Source: Sphagnum compactum | Taxonomy: Eukaryota | NCBI GenBank assembly: GCA_965153455.1 | Contig: OZ234493.1 | Coordinates: 20,016,213-20,080,212 of the forward strand | DNA length: 64,000 bases | Direction: 5' to 3' | Part shown: piece after piece, positions 62,601 through 64,000 of the stretch | Layout of the letters: the number at the start of each line of letters is the position of its first letter | Position numbering within the stretch: position 1 is the first letter of the stretch | Notes under the pieces: model-generated | What the model was told of the DNA's origin: nothing | What the model saw: the letters and a program-made list of their open reading frames with translations, nothing else | The model's database searches: none | Program-made: the position numbers and the translations under genes

Positions 62601-64000
62601 TGGTCTGAAATGTTCTTTTGTTTTTGGATTAGGGTAAACAGAAGACATGTGTTGGAAGAAATCTACAAAGGGTTTACCTGCCACCACAAATTTCCTTGAA
62701 GTTTTGGTTGATGATGAAGAAGCCACTCTTGCATAATTGAACCATATTTATGGAAGGGACCAGCATATCTTTTTCGAGGTGAAAATCCCAAAAAAGATAT
62801 TGCCTATAATTGCTAACCTAGCAGAAGAACAAGAAGAAGGGATTGTTAAAGAAAAATAGAGTGGAGCAAACATGGGTTCTGAAACAGTTATGAAATATAA
62901 GATTCTTTCTCATTTCATCAAAGGAAAGATCTCTTTAACTCCCATGGAAACCATTCTTATAATTCTAGGAGAACTGCAGTATTTGGAAGGATTGGTTAAA
63001 CTAACTAGAAGGAAAAAAGATGTTGAAAGACAAAGAAGTCAAATAGTTATGATTCATTCAACCCCTGCAATTAGGAGGGTTAGTGTCAACAAAACACATT
63101 GCAGCAAAATATTGCATATGGCAGTAGAGATTAATCAAGCAATGATTGAAGGCTTGGTGGATACTGGGGCATCTATGTCAGTTACGGTAGCCACTGTTGT
63201 TGGAGAGCTTGGCATAATGCATCTCGTGGCCGGCCATGAAACTTATAAGACGGCCTCTGGTATAGTGACGCGAGCACTAGGAAGGATTACAGAGCTTCCA
63301 GTAAAAATAGGAGGGATTGTGTGTCAAATGATCTTCCTTGCGGTTGACACAGATAATTATGATTTGCTCCTTGGACTGGATTTCCTTATCAAGATAAGAA
63401 CAATTGTTGATGTGGAGAAGGGCGTCATACAAGTTTGCAACGAACTCGGAATGGAAGTGGAAATACTACCATTGAATGTGGTGAACATGTTGCAAGTGCT
63501 TGAAAGATTTGAAGAAGAAAGATGCAATATCCAAGAAAAGTTGTTTAACAGAAAAATGGGACAACTTCATATTAATGACTGGGTTAACCTGTTCTGATGA
63601 TGAATCTTCCTCTAAAGAGGATGTGGTAGATTATGAGTAAAAGACAAAAAATGATCCACAAGAAATCTTGCTAAACTTAGAAAATCAAATTGACGAACTC
63701 AGGGACCACGAGATGGATATGATCATTGAAGAGGAAACCCCTATGCAGATTCTAAATCTAACCCTACAAGAGCAACATCAAAACGTGCTTGAAGGGTTGT
63801 TATCTAAGGATGATGATTATGTTGATTGGATAAAATGTGTTGTTGCGAGGAAGCCGCTCTGATGCAACAAAGATTGGGAAAGAACACTGGACCCAATGTG
63901 CATTTGTATTTGGTTCAGGTATCTGATGATTTGATTGAGGGAGGTGATAGATGGACCCAAATCAAGAACATGATAAGACTAGATGAGTCTTTGAATGAAG
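59635..64000 (+). mobile_element. Ty3/gypsy LTR retrotransposon, 5' part (LTR, PBS, gag, protease), running off the window
   Basis: tRNA-iMet-type PBS TGGTATCAAAGC (60675-60686). Decayed gag (KLFKIAKLNLRERAKEWF..., about 61850-62650) with knuckles CQLCRSKEHTASAC and CAKCGGGHKINNC. Aspartic protease GLVDTGAS...LLLGLDFL in ORF 62872-63597. The LTR start is approximate. Confidence 0.88.

Overview
This is eukaryotic, AT-rich, transposon-dense plant DNA with spliceosomal introns. A bryophyte such as a moss is my inference from the repeat landscape and is not proven. Three protein-coding genes are supported. (1) An intronless 302-aa ORF resembling the uncharacterised plant At3g17950 'GWPLGL' family (14057-14965, +). 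(2) A complete four-exon C2-domain phospholipase D alpha of 810 aa (16328-19236, -), whose homology-consistent model needs a GC-AG intron. (3) A three-exon 2-oxoglutarate/Fe(II) dioxygenase of the GA-oxidase-like type (43681-46244, -). The rest is mostly layered TE debris: Ty3/gypsy pieces at both ends, a DUF659 hAT transposase relic, a Ty1/copia pol broken into about five pieces by nested insertions (including a 154-bp CACTA element with AAT TSD), an L1 3' fragment, a young non-autonomous Helitron, a tRNA-derived SINE, several MITEs, and a decayed CRE-like non-LTR retrotransposon with a restriction-like endonuclease. I found no CRISPR array, rRNA or intact tRNA, and no convincing new multi-gene system. 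The best leads are the GC-AG/alternative-donor switch in PLD, the CRE-like element with possible short dependent copies, and the TE cluster carrying TGACG motifs upstream of PLD.
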